64,000 nt of DNA from Acidimicrobiia bacterium (GCA_965216905.1 OZ244213.1:2048699-2112698), one strand, 5' to 3'; shown: positions 47,155 through 59,800, numbered from the stretch's first letter. The notes: generated from the sequence alone by a model not told the origin. Translations and numbers: made by a program.

Positions 47155-48584
47155 GGTGAGTATCTCGGGTTGGGGATGAGGGGACCGAGCGACCCGTCTT
47201 CCAAGACCTCCTGGGCTCCCCGGATTCTCTCGGATCGGATCCCGCCCGGGAATGCCACTTCGGCCTCCGTCGCGAAGCGGTGGGGCCCCAGGGTGTCGTT
47301 GACGTCGATACCGCCGGGCGCGTCGATTTGGTAACGATAGCGAGACCCCCAATCGGCGTACAGGTCCTGGCGTCGACTGGTTCCCACGAACGCCGAGCGG
47401 GTGTTGTTCTCGACGTAGTCGGCCAGGTCGAGGTGATCCTGGTTCCAGGGGCGGAAGCCGGAGTCGAAGACCTCCTGGGGTGGCCGGTTGTCGGCTCGCC
47501 ACAGCGGGTCGCGGTCGACCCGCCAGGACGGTTCGGGTCGAATCAGGTCGATGTCGACCGGGTCGGTGGCGACGTCGTCGACCAACCGGCGGATGTCGGT
47601 GAGGTCGGAGAGGCGGTCGCCGGTGAAGGCGCCGTCCCCGAGGTCATCGATACGGTTGGTGGTGCGGGCGAGATCGGTGAGCGTGTCGGCCGTGTCGGCC
47701 CCGCGGCGGGTGGCGGTGGCGGCGGTTCCACCTCCGGCGGTGGCCAGGGCGATGGCGAGGTCGGGGACGAGCTGACCGAGGGCGCGGGCGGGATTGTCGA
47801 GCCACATGTCCCAGTTGGTGGCCGCTTTGGCGAACTCGACGGGGTGGGTGATGCCGTACACGATCCCCTGGCCGAGGGCGGTGACGTCCTCTGCCCACCC
47901 GTCGGGGTCGATGAGCATTCGGACGGGGGAGATGTCCCAGGCGAACTCGACCATTCCGGCCGTGGAGTCCCAGATCCCGGCGCCGAATTGGGTGGCGTGG
48001 TGCCACGCCTTGGACCAGAACCCGGGTTCGTCGGGAGCGACCTGACCGGCGGCTTGGAGGGTGCGGGCGGCTCGGTGGGCGGCGTCGTCGACCGACGCTC
48101 GTGCCCGCTCGGCCAGTCGTTGCGCCTCGGCGCGTTCCCACGACCCGGGATCGGTCGACGACGGTCGGGACGGAATGGTGACGGAGGCCGGATCCTCCGC
48201 GGCTTCGGCCCGGGTCTGCGCCAGCCGATAACGCGTCCAGTCGGCCTCCCACCGGCCGGTCTGCAGGTCGCCTTGCCGCCACAGCTCGATGGCTCGCACG
48301 GCGTCGTGGCGGGCGGCTCCGAGCACTTCTCGATAGTTCGCCACCGCCGACGCCGCTTCCCCGAATGCGCCTGCCGCGGCACCGAGCTTGGCAGGCACCT
48401 CGCCGACCGCTCCCCGAAAGCCGTCGGCCGCCTCGCCCACCCAGTCTCCGGTCTCCAGCCCTCCCAGCCGCTCCACCGCCCCCGACGCCACTCTCGCACA
48501 GCCCTGTAGCCCGGCCTCCAACCGCTCCAGAGCGGCCGGCGAACCCGGAACCACCACCTCGACCGTCGCATGACGAAGCTCCAT
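47151..48584 (-). CDS. WXG/T7SS-type polymorphic toxin with a C-terminal scabin/pierisin-like ADP-ribosyltransferase
   Basis: N-terminal W-x-G (DWVGEAADGF) helical region; toxin motifs LWRAD, FVGTS, YQIDAPGGIDVN, EAEVAFPGGI. Confidence 0.85.
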   Translation of the reverse strand: MELRHATVEVVVPGSPAALERLEAGLQGCARVASGAVERLGGLETGDWVGEAADGFRGAVGEVPAKLGAAAGAFGEAASAVANYREVLGAARHDAVRAIELWRQGDLQTGRWEADWTRYRLAQTRAEAAEDPASVTIPSRPSSTDPGSWERAEAQRLAERARASVDDAAHRAARTLQAAGQVAPDEPGFWSKAWHHATQFGAGIWDSTAGMVEFAWDISPVRMLIDPDGWAEDVTALGQGIVYGITHPVEFAKAATNWDMWLDNPARALGQLVPDLAIALATAGGGTAATATRRGADTADTLTDLARTTNRIDDLGDGAFTGDRLSDLTDIRRLVDDVATDPVDIDLIRPEPSWRVDRDPLWRADNRPPQEVFDSGFRPWNQDHLDLADYVENNTRSAFVGTSRRQDLYADWGSRYRYQIDAPGGIDVNDTLGPHRFATEAEVAFPGGIRSERIRGAQEVLEDGSLGPLIPNPRYSP

Positions 48585-48657
48585 GACGACGCACACGATA
48601 GTAGATCGTTATAAATCGTCAACAGCGCTTGACATCGGTATCGTTCGAGCGTTCAAG

Positions 48658-48834
48658 GTGGGGGAGTCCCTCGTCGAACGGGCCGCTCTCGCTCGTGTTC
48701 GGGGCGAGCGCCGGATCGTCGACGCGGTCGTCGCCGCCCGCTCCAAGGGCGTTGCCTGGCTGCGCAATGGTGAACTCCTGGGGACGGCGGCCCAGGCTGC
48801 GCAACCGCGCTCCGGAGCCGTCATGGCGCAGGAA
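48658..48834 (+). pseudogene. Remnant of a small HTH protein gene
   Basis: ERAALAR...[12 protein letters not shown]...[14 protein letters not shown] resembles the SW..IG..LG.S.QAAQQRY family; N-terminal half absent; frame reads on into ftsH antisense. Confidence 0.55.
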
Positions 48835-48846
48835 GCGCCGTTGTCG

Positions 48847-50898
48847 TCAGGTACGCCTGTCGTCGGTGGTGACCATGTCGATGTCGGTGGGGACGGTATC
48901 CGGCGTCGGGTCGGATGGCGCCGCCGGTTGGCTCGAGCCCGCCCGCTCGATGCCGGCGATGCGGTAGGCGTCGGCCTCCTCGAGCGTTTCGCTCTGCAGA
49001 AGGGCCTCGGTGAGGGCATCGAGCCGGTGGCGTTGCTGTTTGAGCTGGTCGACCGCCAGGTCGTAGCACTCGTCGATGATCCGCCGCACCTCCGTGTCGA
49101 CGAGTTCCATCGTGCTCTCTGCCACCTGCGGACGGCCGAATGCGTCGACCGACCGGTCGTCGAAGACGGTGACCGGGCCGATGTTCTCCGACATGCCCCA
49201 TCGGCCGACCATGTTTCTTGCCAAGGTGGTCGCCTGGACCATGTCGTTCTCGGCGCCGGTGGAGACCGTGCCGAATACGACCTCTTCGGCCGCTCTCCCG
49301 CCGAGCATGCCGATGATCTTTCCGCGGAGGTACTCGACGCCATAGGAGTATTTGTCAGCGTCGGGCGACTGCAGCGTCACGCCCAGCGCTCGCCCCCGAG
49401 GGATGATCGAGATCTTGCGAACCGGGTCGGCGCCTTCCTGGAGCATTCCCAGGAGGGCATGTCCCGACTCGTGGTAGGCGGTGCGCTCCTTCTCCTCCTC
49501 GCTCATCATGATGCGTCGCTCGGTCCCGAGGATGATCTTCTCCAACGCATCGGTGAAGTCGTTGACCATCACCTTGGTGTGGTTCCGGCGGGCGGCCATC
49601 AATGCGGCCTCGTTCACGAGGTTGGCGAGGTCGGCACCCACCATCCCCGGTGTCGTCGAAGCGATGGCACCGAGATCCACCTGGTCGTCGAGCGGGACGT
49701 CGCGGGTGTGGACTTCGAGGATTTGGCGGCGCCCCTGCTGGTCGGGCGGGCTCACGGGGACCTGGCGGTCGAACCGCCCCGGACGGAGCAAGGCCTGATC
49801 GAGGATCTCGGGGCGGTTGGTGGCGGCGATGACGATGACACCCTCCGAGCCGGTGAAGCCGTCCATCTCGGTGAGGATCTGGTTGAGGGTCTGTTCCCGC
49901 TCGTCGTGACCGCCGAGGCTGACACCCCCTCCGCGTGCTCGTCCGATTGCGTCCAACTCGTCGATGAAGATGATGGCGGGGGCGACCTCCTTGGCCTGCT
50001 TGAACAGGTCGCGGACCCGGCTGGCGCCGACGCCGACCACCATCTCGACGAACTCGGACGCCGACATCGAGAAGAACGGCACATCGGCCTCGCCGGCAAC
50101 CGCTCGGGCGAGCAGGGTCTTCCCGGTCCCGGGCTGTCCGGAGAGCAGGACGCCCTTGGGGATGCGGCCGCCGAGGCGGGTGTACTTCTCCGGTGACTTG
50201 AGGAAGTCCACGATCTCGACGAGTTCCTCCTCGGCGTCCTCGATGCCCGCAACGTCGTCGAAGGTGGTCCGGTGGGTGGTGACCTCGTAGCGGCGGGCCC
50301 GGCTACGGCCCAGGCCTCCGATCCCCCCCATCGCCGAGCCGGCTCGCCGATACACGGCGAAGATGATGTAGGCGAAGAGAAGCCACGGCCCGAAGTTGAA
50401 CAAGAGGAGCTGCCAGGTTGGGAGGGGTGCGTCCGGGTCTTCGGCGTTGACTTCGACGCCCAGGGAGATGAGGCGGCTCAGCAGGTCGTCGTCCGCGAAC
50501 GACGGTCGTTCCGTCTCGACCCGATCCCCCGAGATCTCCTCGTTGTTGGGATCGGTGATCGCCGTGTTGAGCCGAGCAGTGATCGTCTGGTCGGTGGAGG
50601 TAACCGACTCGACGTTCTCGGACTCGAGTTCGGCGAGGAACTCGGTGTAACTGATCCGAATCGGATCCTCTGGACTGAACAGCGCGTCGGTCACCAACAC
50701 GTTGATCACCAGCATCGCCAGCAGCAGCATCCACACCCAACGCGAACCCGGACGGTTCTGGAACAGATTCGGGCCGCTCTTCGACTCGTCCCGCCGGTCG
50801 TCCGGCATGCCCTCGACCCGCCAACCCGGGGGCGACTTCTCATCGTCCTTCCGCGGGGAGCCGCGCTGGGGCGTTCGGGGGTTGGGCCGGGAGGTCAT
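48847..50898 (-). CDS. ftsH: ATP-dependent zinc metalloprotease FtsH
   Basis: 2 TM; [35 protein letters not shown]. Confidence 0.96.
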   Translation of the reverse strand: MTSRPNPRTPQRGSPRKDDEKSPPGWRVEGMPDDRRDESKSGPNLFQNRPGSRWVWMLLLAMLVINVLVTDALFSPEDPIRISYTEFLAELESENVESVTSTDQTITARLNTAITDPNNEEISGDRVETERPSFADDDLLSRLISLGVEVNAEDPDAPLPTWQLLLFNFGPWLLFAYIIFAVYRRAGSAMGGIGGLGRSRARRYEVTTHRTTFDDVAGIEDAEEELVEIVDFLKSPEKYTRLGGRIPKGVLLSGQPGTGKTLLARAVAGEADVPFFSMSASEFVEMVVGVGASRVRDLFKQAKEVAPAIIFIDELDAIGRARGGGVSLGGHDEREQTLNQILTEMDGFTGSEGVIVIAATNRPEILDQALLRPGRFDRQVPVSPPDQQGRRQILEVHTRDVPLDDQVDLGAIASTTPGMVGADLANLVNEAALMAARRNHTKVMVNDFTDALEKIILGTERRIMMSEEEKERTAYHESGHALLGMLQEGADPVRKISIIPRGRALGVTLQSPDADKYSYGVEYLRGKIIGMLGGRAAEEVVFGTVSTGAENDMVQATTLARNMVGRWGMSENIGPVTVFDDRSVDAFGRPQVAESTMELVDTEVRRIIDECYDLAVDQLKQQRHRLDALTEALLQSETLEEADAYRIAGIERAGSSQPAAPSDPTPDTVPTDIDMVTTDDRRT

Positions 50899-50994
50899 TC
50901 GGCTCCCAATGCTACCGACGGGCCGTCCCAACCGGCCCGCCGCGATCGGGAGCGGTGGCCGGGGCGGATACCCGCCCCGGTACCGTGCATCCGC

Positions 50995-52758
50995 ATGGTT
51001 GCCAACCGTGATGTTCTGGCGATGCTGCAAGAACTGGCCGCGCTCACCAAGCTGCACGAGGAGAGCGCCCAGTCGTTCAAGGTTCGAGCGTACGAGAACG
51101 CCGCCGCCGGAGTTGCCGGCCAGACCTCCGACGTCGCCTCGATGACCAGGAGCGAGCTGACCTCGATCAAAGGAGTTGGCAAGTCCATCGCCGACAAGAT
51201 CCTCGAGTTCACCGCGTCCGGTCGGGTGGCCAAGCTGGATGAGCTTCGGCAGTTGTATCCGGCGCCGTTCGTCGAAATGACGAAGATCCCGGGCTTGGGT
51301 CCGAAGACGCTGAAGCTCATCCGGCGTGAACTCGGGGTCGAGAACCTGGGTGACCTTCAGGCGGCGATCGCCGAGGAATCGCTCCGCGAGCTGCCGGGAC
51401 TGGGCGCCACCAGTGAAGAGAAGATCGCCAAAGCGATCGAGCGGCTGGGATTGCACGGGAAGGATCGGAGGACCCCGATCGCCGAGGCGATGCCGCTGGC
51501 CAAGGACATGGTCGCCCACGTCGAAGCAATCGACGGAGTGGAGGAGGTGGCGTGGTGTGGCTCGCTCCGCCGAATGTCGGAGACCGTCGGCGACGTCGAC
51601 ATCACGGTGGCGGCAACCGACGCCGCTCCGGTGATGGAGGCCGTCCGCCGGCATCCCCGAACCGCCCAGGTGATCGGGTCCGGTGAGACCAAGACCTCGA
51701 TCCTCACCCACACCGGACTACAGGTCGACGTCCGGGTGGTCGAGCCGGAACAGTTCGGGGCGGCGGCTCTGTACTTCACCGGTTCCAAGGCCCACAACAT
51801 CGCGTTGCGCCAGCGGGCAATCGACCGCGACATGTTGCTGAACGAGTACGGGCTGTTCGAGACGAAGACCGGCGAGTCCGGCGCCGGCCCTCTCGTGGCG
51901 TCGAAGGATGAATCGGCGATCTACCGGGCACTAGACCTCCCGTTCATCCCGCCCGAACTCCGCGAGGGAGCGGGGGAGATCGAAGCCGCCGCGGGCCACG
52001 GACTGCCGGAACTCGTCGAGATCGGTGACATCCGGGGCGATCTCCACTACCACAGCGATCGCTCGGGCGACGGCCGTTCCTCGGTCGCGGACATGCTGGC
52101 GGTGGCCGCCGAGCGCGGGTACTCGTATGTGGCGTTCACCGATCACGGCGAGGACTTGGCGATCAACGGATCATCTCGGGCGGAGATGCTCGCCCACCGT
52201 GATCAGATCCGCGATGAGGCCGAACGCCACCCCGACATGACCGTGCTGTTCGGATGCGAGCTCAATATCGGCCCCGACGGCGGGCTCGATTACGACCCCG
52301 CATTCCGAGCCGAGTTCGAGTGGTCGGTGGCGTCGGTACATTCGCACTTCGATCTGTCGCAGTCCGAGCAGACCGAGCGGCTGATCCGTGCCATCTCCGA
52401 TCCGTCGGTCAATGCCATCGGTCACCTGACCGGTCGGTACATCGGCCGGCGGCCAGGCATCGAGCTCGATGTGGACGCCGTTCTCGAAGCGCTGGCCATC
52501 ACAGGTGTCGGTTTGGAGGTCAACGGCGCGCTCGATCGGCTCGATGCATCGTCGGCCGTGATCCGCCGTGCCGTCGAACGCGGGGTCCACCTGGTGATCT
52601 CGACCGACAGCCATCACACGTCGGAGTTGGGACGGATGGCATACGGAGTGGCGACGGCGCGCCGGGGATGGGCCCCTCGACCGTCGGTGGCCAACACCCG
52701 GTCCACCGACGAGTTCCTGGCGTGGGCTTCAGCGGTCCGGGCCCGTTCGCCGATCTGA
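50995..52758 (+). CDS. polX: DNA polymerase X with PHP domain
   Basis: RAY, GSLRR..ETVGDVD, VDVR, YFTGSKAHN, IPPELRE; PHP motifs DLHYH, TDH, TDSH. Confidence 0.95.
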   Translation: MVANRDVLAMLQELAALTKLHEESAQSFKVRAYENAAAGVAGQTSDVASMTRSELTSIKGVGKSIADKILEFTASGRVAKLDELRQLYPAPFVEMTKIPGLGPKTLKLIRRELGVENLGDLQAAIAEESLRELPGLGATSEEKIAKAIERLGLHGKDRRTPIAEAMPLAKDMVAHVEAIDGVEEVAWCGSLRRMSETVGDVDITVAATDAAPVMEAVRRHPRTAQVIGSGETKTSILTHTGLQVDVRVVEPEQFGAAALYFTGSKAHNIALRQRAIDRDMLLNEYGLFETKTGESGAGPLVASKDESAIYRALDLPFIPPELREGAGEIEAAAGHGLPELVEIGDIRGDLHYHSDRSGDGRSSVADMLAVAAERGYSYVAFTDHGEDLAINGSSRAEMLAHRDQIRDEAERHPDMTVLFGCELNIGPDGGLDYDPAFRAEFEWSVASVHSHFDLSQSEQTERLIRAISDPSVNAIGHLTGRYIGRRPGIELDVDAVLEALAITGVGLEVNGALDRLDASSAVIRRAVERGVHLVISTDSHHTSELGRMAYGVATARRGWAPRPSVANTRSTDEFLAWASAVRARSPI

Positions 52759-52791
52759 GCAGTCGATGCCTTTCGGCGAACGTCGATGTGA

Positions 52792-54000
52792 TCAATCCCC
52801 GAGCCAGCCGTCGGCCAGGTCCTCGAACGTCTGCTCCGTCCGGCTCTCGCTCAAGTAGACCACGGATGCCTTCCCCGCATAGCCGGTTCCACCCTCGAGG
52901 ACGACGTTGTCCACGTCGGCCGGGTTCAACTGCAAAGCGGCGAGCGACAATTGGAGCAGCTGGGTGGGGGAGAGATCCGTCGACAGGTGGGGGCGGCTGG
53001 CCGCCAACATCTCCGGGACGGCCAGCGGACCGCGGAGTTTCGCGCCGCCGAGGCCGGCCAGGAGAACCCATCCGCCGTTGAGTTGTCGCTGGAAGTCGCC
53101 TCGGAGGAACGCCTTGCGGGTCCGAGCGAACGCCAGGGCCTTGCGTCCATCCATCGTCTCGATGCCCTCCGAGAAGTCGGCCTTGGCGGCCTTGTCCTTG
53201 AAGCCTCGAGTGATTTCCATCTCGAAGGGCAAGAGGACGTCGTCGACCAGCGCTCCGAATCCGGCGAATCCGGTCAACACGTACCCGTCGAGATCGACGT
53301 CGAACACCGTCCGGAACGTCTCGAGCATGAGGTCGGGCCCTCCAACGGCCAGCGATGCGTTGATCTTGGAGCGTCCGTGACCGGGAATGCGGACGTACGA
53401 GTCTCGTGGAACTCCGACCAGTGATCCGTTCCCTGCGGTATCCATCCCCATGATGTGGATCGAGTCCGCCCGGGCGGTGTCCTGATCCTCGCCGGATCGA
53501 GCGTCCGATCCGACGATTGCCACGTGCCAGGGTTCGCCGCCGAACCACGGCGCTACGCCCACCGAGGGGGCAGACCCGGCCTCCAACCGCCAGCCCGAGC
53601 CGTCGTGGACGAATCCGAAGACATCGGCCCCGGCGGTCACCACCGCCAGCCGTGTGTCGCCGTACGTGGCCACCGCGGCGGCGCCGCCGACGGTGCCGAG
53701 GCCGGGTGTGGCTCCGGGTGCCGGACGAAGAGCGTCCGCCATCGTGCCGGCGTCGGCCGCCGCCGCTCCGCGGGCGATGTCGTAGAACACGGACACGGCA
53801 TCGGCCAGACCATCCGGGGCACCATCGATTGCCACGCCGGCGACCGTCGTGGTGGTCGTCGGAATGGTGGTGGTCGGCGCGGTGGTGGTCGTGGTGGTCG
53901 TCGGAATGGTGGTGGTCGTGGTGGTTTCGTTCGCGGCCGCGCTGCATGCGGTGAAAAGCAGTGCGAGCATGATCGTGGTGCGTCGGTGAGCTGGGCGCAA
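52792..54000 (-). CDS. LCP (LytR-CpsA-Psr) family lipoprotein
   Basis: Lipobox FTAC, Thr-rich linker, GSDAR, RADSIH, PRDSYV, KIN, ARTR, GDFQR; start may be 53970. Confidence 0.88.
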   Translation of the reverse strand: MRPAHRRTTIMLALLFTACSAAANETTTTTTIPTTTTTTTAPTTTIPTTTTTVAGVAIDGAPDGLADAVSVFYDIARGAAAADAGTMADALRPAPGATPGLGTVGGAAAVATYGDTRLAVVTAGADVFGFVHDGSGWRLEAGSAPSVGVAPWFGGEPWHVAIVGSDARSGEDQDTARADSIHIMGMDTAGNGSLVGVPRDSYVRIPGHGRSKINASLAVGGPDLMLETFRTVFDVDLDGYVLTGFAGFGALVDDVLLPFEMEITRGFKDKAAKADFSEGIETMDGRKALAFARTRKAFLRGDFQRQLNGGWVLLAGLGGAKLRGPLAVPEMLAASRPHLSTDLSPTQLLQLSLAALQLNPADVDNVVLEGGTGYAGKASVVYLSESRTEQTFEDLADGWLGD

Positions 54001-54034
54001 CGAAGACCCCCGAGGTCGTTTCCGGCCGGGCAGC

Positions 54035-55798
54035 CTACCCGGCGTCTAGGTCTCCATCGGTCCCAGCCGCGTCGCCTCCAGCGGTTTCGTCGGACCATTG
54101 GATCGCCCACCAGGTACTCAGGGCATCGGAGGGGTGCCCGAGCATGGTGTCACCGAGGACGGAGGCCGGGATCACGATGGTCTCCGAACCCTTGGGGACG
54201 GCGCGGTCCTGGGGGCGCAGGTCGGCCACGGCGGCACGCCGCACGGCGTTGCCGTCGACGATCGCCAGTTCGGTGGGTGTCGTGAGAATCGCCGCCTCCC
54301 CACTCGTGATGATCGACGGCGTACTACCGAGGTCGAGCCCGATGCCCGACCGCTGGGCGCCCTCGAAGTCATACAAGCCCAGTGTTCCGTCGGCATGCGT
54401 CAGCAGACCCTCGTCGGTCCATGCCGCCGCGTCTGCCGGCACCGCTCTGATCGGTTGGAATCCGGCCGACGTCAGGTGGTACATGACGGCGGTGCCCTCT
54501 CCGTCCAGCGCCACGGCAAACCAGCGATCTCCTGCAAGCCACAGACCGGTGACCTGGTTCCAGTCCTCGATGCCGGATCGGTCGAGCTCCGTCCACTCGC
54601 CTTCGACGTAGGTATAGAAGCGAGTGACCGGGGCAGGTCCGATGCTGGGATCGGTCGGTTCGGCGCCAATAGCCGGATCGTCGGTCCCGAAGTCGCGAGC
54701 CGGTACCGCCGACACCCGCACCGCCACCTCGGCCCCTGCCGCCATCAGCTCGGTGTCGTACGCCCAGATCATTCCGGAGGGAAGCGGCGTGCCCTCGCGC
54801 GGGATCACGAGGTCGATTCGGTCCCAGCGCTCCAGGTCGCCGGATCGGAGGATGATCTCCGCTCCCGAATCGGTCGTGGAATCGACCCCGAGGAGGGTGA
54901 TCACGCCCGCCGACTCGGCCACGTCCGAGATATGAACGCCGCGCAACACGCCATCGCGGATCTTGCGAGCCTCCCAGGTCACCCCGTCCACCGAGCTGTA
55001 GATGTCCACGTCGGAGTCGCGGCCCAGGACCCGGACCAGTTTTCCGACGAGTCCCCGCTCGGCGCGGTCGACGAGCACGGTGAGTCCCAACCGGGTGCGA
55101 ACACCCCACCCGGGCGAGCTTCCGGTCGGGACGTCCCGGATGGTGATCCCGCCGCGCTCCCAGATGATCGGTGCTTCGAGATCGAAGTCGGTCGAGACGC
55201 GGCTCCGGTTGGCGGTCAAGACCATCGCCGCCAGGACCGTGATCAACACCGCGGCGGTGACCGCCGTCGCCCGCTGCGCGAACCGCCGGATCCTGCGGGA
55301 TCGTCCCTCGACGGCGATCACGGTGAGATTTCCGGCAGGCGGGCGCATCGACGCCGCCAGCGCCCCGATTGCCCGTTTGACCTTGGCCTCCGACCGATCG
55401 CTGCCGTTGACCGACGACAGTCGCGCCAGCCGTTCCCGAACTGCGGTCGACGTCAGCCCGGTTGCGATGGCGAGGTCTTCGTCGGACCAATCGAGGAGAT
55501 ATCGCAGGGTCACCAGCGCTCGCGAGCGGGCCTCTCTCCGCTCCGCGGTCGTCCCGGTATCGGCGGTGACCAGCGCCAGTTCCAACGCTCCGTTGAACAA
55601 CGTCGGCGCCTGACTGGCGTCTTGCCGGAGACGACGCCATGCGGCCGCCGCCTCGGCCATGGCCTCGTCGGTGGCCCATGCCGCCCCCTCCGGATCGCGG
55701 ATCGCCACCGCCAGGGCGCGGGCGACGGTCTCCCGATGGGTCCGATAGAAATCCTCGAACCGCTCGTGCCGCGTCGTGATCGGTGCGTCGGCTGTCAT
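54035..55798 (-). CDS. ECF sigma-like domain fused to a TM helix and a large extracytoplasmic domain
   Basis: FEDFYR...ATDEAM (region 2-like); LVTLRYLLDWSDEDLA...VRERLAR (region 4-like); Arg patch + TM; Asp-box SVDGVTW. Confidence 0.7.
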   Translation of the reverse strand: MTADAPITTRHERFEDFYRTHRETVARALAVAIRDPEGAAWATDEAMAEAAAAWRRLRQDASQAPTLFNGALELALVTADTGTTAERREARSRALVTLRYLLDWSDEDLAIATGLTSTAVRERLARLSSVNGSDRSEAKVKRAIGALAASMRPPAGNLTVIAVEGRSRRIRRFAQRATAVTAAVLITVLAAMVLTANRSRVSTDFDLEAPIIWERGGITIRDVPTGSSPGWGVRTRLGLTVLVDRAERGLVGKLVRVLGRDSDVDIYSSVDGVTWEARKIRDGVLRGVHISDVAESAGVITLLGVDSTTDSGAEIILRSGDLERWDRIDLVIPREGTPLPSGMIWAYDTELMAAGAEVAVRVSAVPARDFGTDDPAIGAEPTDPSIGPAPVTRFYTYVEGEWTELDRSGIEDWNQVTGLWLAGDRWFAVALDGEGTAVMYHLTSAGFQPIRAVPADAAAWTDEGLLTHADGTLGLYDFEGAQRSGIGLDLGSTPSIITSGEAAILTTPTELAIVDGNAVRRAAVADLRPQDRAVPKGSETIVIPASVLGDTMLGHPSDALSTWWAIQWSDETAGGDAAGTDGDLDAG

Positions 55799-55919
55799 CC
55801 GGCACTCATGCTCGCCGAAAGAACGCCGAACACAACCCGAGAGTGGTTCGCTGACTGTGGGACCGTGTGGACGGGCCGTATACTGCCCGGCGCACATTCC
55901 GACTCTGGGAGAAAACGCG

Positions 55920-57968
<2,049 letters not shown>

Positions 57969-57971
57969 GCC

Positions 57972-59204
57972 TTGGAATCCCGCATCCTTCTCGTTCGCCA
58001 CGGGCGGTCCGAGGCGAACGAGGCGGGGGTCTGGCAAGGGCAAGGTGACAGTCCACTCGCCGACGTTGGGGCCGACCAGGCGAAGGCGCTCGCCCAGCGT
58101 CTCGACCATCTGTCGCCGGCCAAGGTCATCTCATCGAATCTGCGTCGAGCCGCGGCGACGGCCGAGGCGCTCGGCTGGGAGGTGGCCGTCGATCCCGGCT
58201 GGAAGGAGATGGACCTGGGAACGTGGGAGGGAGCCACGTTCGAGGAGGCGCTGGAGTCCCACCCTGAGACGCTGAAGGCGATTCGCGACGGCGAGCCGCT
58301 TCGATTCGGAGAGACCGGTGAGACCATTCCCGATTTCGAGGAGCGAATCCTGGCGGTGTTTGATGATCTCGCCGAGAACTTGAACGCGGGCGATACCGCG
58401 GTGGTCGTCACCCATGGTGGGGCGATCGATGCGGTGGCAGCCCGATTCCTCGGCCGGGTTCCCGGTCGAAGGGCCTACCCCATCGTCACGAACACCTCTC
58501 TGACCGAGATCGTTCGTGGCCGCCGGGGGTGGCGAATCGTTCGTTTCAACGACGCGCTCCACCTCGACGATCGGGCCGGGTTCCTGGGCAAGGCCGGCGA
58601 TGAGGGATACGAAGTGGTCGGGCTGGCCCGCCACGGAGTGACCGCCGCCAACCGTGAGCATCGGATTCAAGGTCAGCAGTGCTGGGGGCTGCATGACGAT
58701 GGCCATTCGCAGGCCAAGGCCCTCGCCGAGCGGTATCCCCGACCCGACCGGTTGTTTGCATCCCCGCTCCGGCGTGCGCTCGAGACCGCCTCGGCGTTCG
58801 GACTGGATCCGGCGCCCGACGATCGGCTGATGGAACTGTCGTTCGGCGAATGGGAGGGCAAGCGGGATGCCGATCTGGAGGAGGATCCGCTGTCCCGACA
58901 GATCTTCGAGATGGGGATGGACCTCGCTCGCGGCCACTCCGGGGAGACTTTCGCGGAGCTCATCCAGCGGGTGACCGCATTTCTCGACGACCTCGACGTG
59001 GTCCCAGGACGTCGAACGATGGCGGTGAGCCACGGCGGGACGATCCGGGCCGGTATTGCGTCGGTGCTGGGCCGCGGCCACGACATCCACCGCTCGTTGG
59101 GAGCCGTGCCGAACACCTCGGTCACCCACTTGGCCCTCGACGGGCCCGACGTGAGGCAAGCTGGAAGGATGCTCATCGACGTCGCCGTCACACCGGAGGT
59201 CTGA
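57972..59204 (+). CDS. Tandem histidine phosphatase (two PGM-like domains)
   Basis: LVRHG...THGG and LARHG...SHGG. Confidence 0.88.
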   Translation: MESRILLVRHGRSEANEAGVWQGQGDSPLADVGADQAKALAQRLDHLSPAKVISSNLRRAAATAEALGWEVAVDPGWKEMDLGTWEGATFEEALESHPETLKAIRDGEPLRFGETGETIPDFEERILAVFDDLAENLNAGDTAVVVTHGGAIDAVAARFLGRVPGRRAYPIVTNTSLTEIVRGRRGWRIVRFNDALHLDDRAGFLGKAGDEGYEVVGLARHGVTAANREHRIQGQQCWGLHDDGHSQAKALAERYPRPDRLFASPLRRALETASAFGLDPAPDDRLMELSFGEWEGKRDADLEEDPLSRQIFEMGMDLARGHSGETFAELIQRVTAFLDDLDVVPGRRTMAVSHGGTIRAGIASVLGRGHDIHRSLGAVPNTSVTHLALDGPDVRQAGRMLIDVAVTPEV

Positions 59205-59245
59205 AGTCAGTGGCCACCAATCGATACGATTCGCGCCGCTATGCA

Positions 59246-59800
59246 ATGGTCAATCGCTGGGATCCCCGCCACCTGGTCCGGATCCGGAAGTACCTCGACA
59301 TTCGTCCCGGCGACCGGATTCTCGAGGTCGGCTGCGGGGTCGGTCATCTGACGAAACGTCTCCGGGAGCTGGGCGCAGATGCCACGGGGATCGATGTCAA
59401 CCCTCAGGCCGCCGAACTGGCGGTGACCGACGGTGTGCTGACGATGCGGGCAGAGTCGCTCACCTTCGACGACGCCAGCTTCGACGCCATCGTGTCGGTT
59501 CATGCGATCGAGCACCTCCCCGACCTCGACGGGGCCCTCGACGAGATGGTCCGGGTCCTCAAACCCCGAGGAGCGGCCGTGTTCATCTATCCGGCCGAAC
59601 CGGTCCAGGGCATCTGGGCCGTGCCGACGGCGGTGATCCTGCATCGCAATCCGCTGAAAGCGCGTGAGATCCATTGTCAGTGGCTGTGGCCGTCGAAGAT
59701 CCGGCGACTGACCGAGCCCCGCGGGATGGAGCACCTCGCGTCGGAGTTCAACCTCATCGCCAGTCCGCAGTTCGTCACCCATCTGCGGAAGCTCGATTAG
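59246..59800 (+). CDS. Class I SAM-dependent methyltransferase
   Basis: ILEVGCGVG, SFD, EH, RVLKP.G. Confidence 0.88.
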   Translation: MVNRWDPRHLVRIRKYLDIRPGDRILEVGCGVGHLTKRLRELGADATGIDVNPQAAELAVTDGVLTMRAESLTFDDASFDAIVSVHAIEHLPDLDGALDEMVRVLKPRGAAVFIYPAEPVQGIWAVPTAVILHRNPLKAREIHCQWLWPSKIRRLTEPRGMEHLASEFNLIASPQFVTHLRKLD

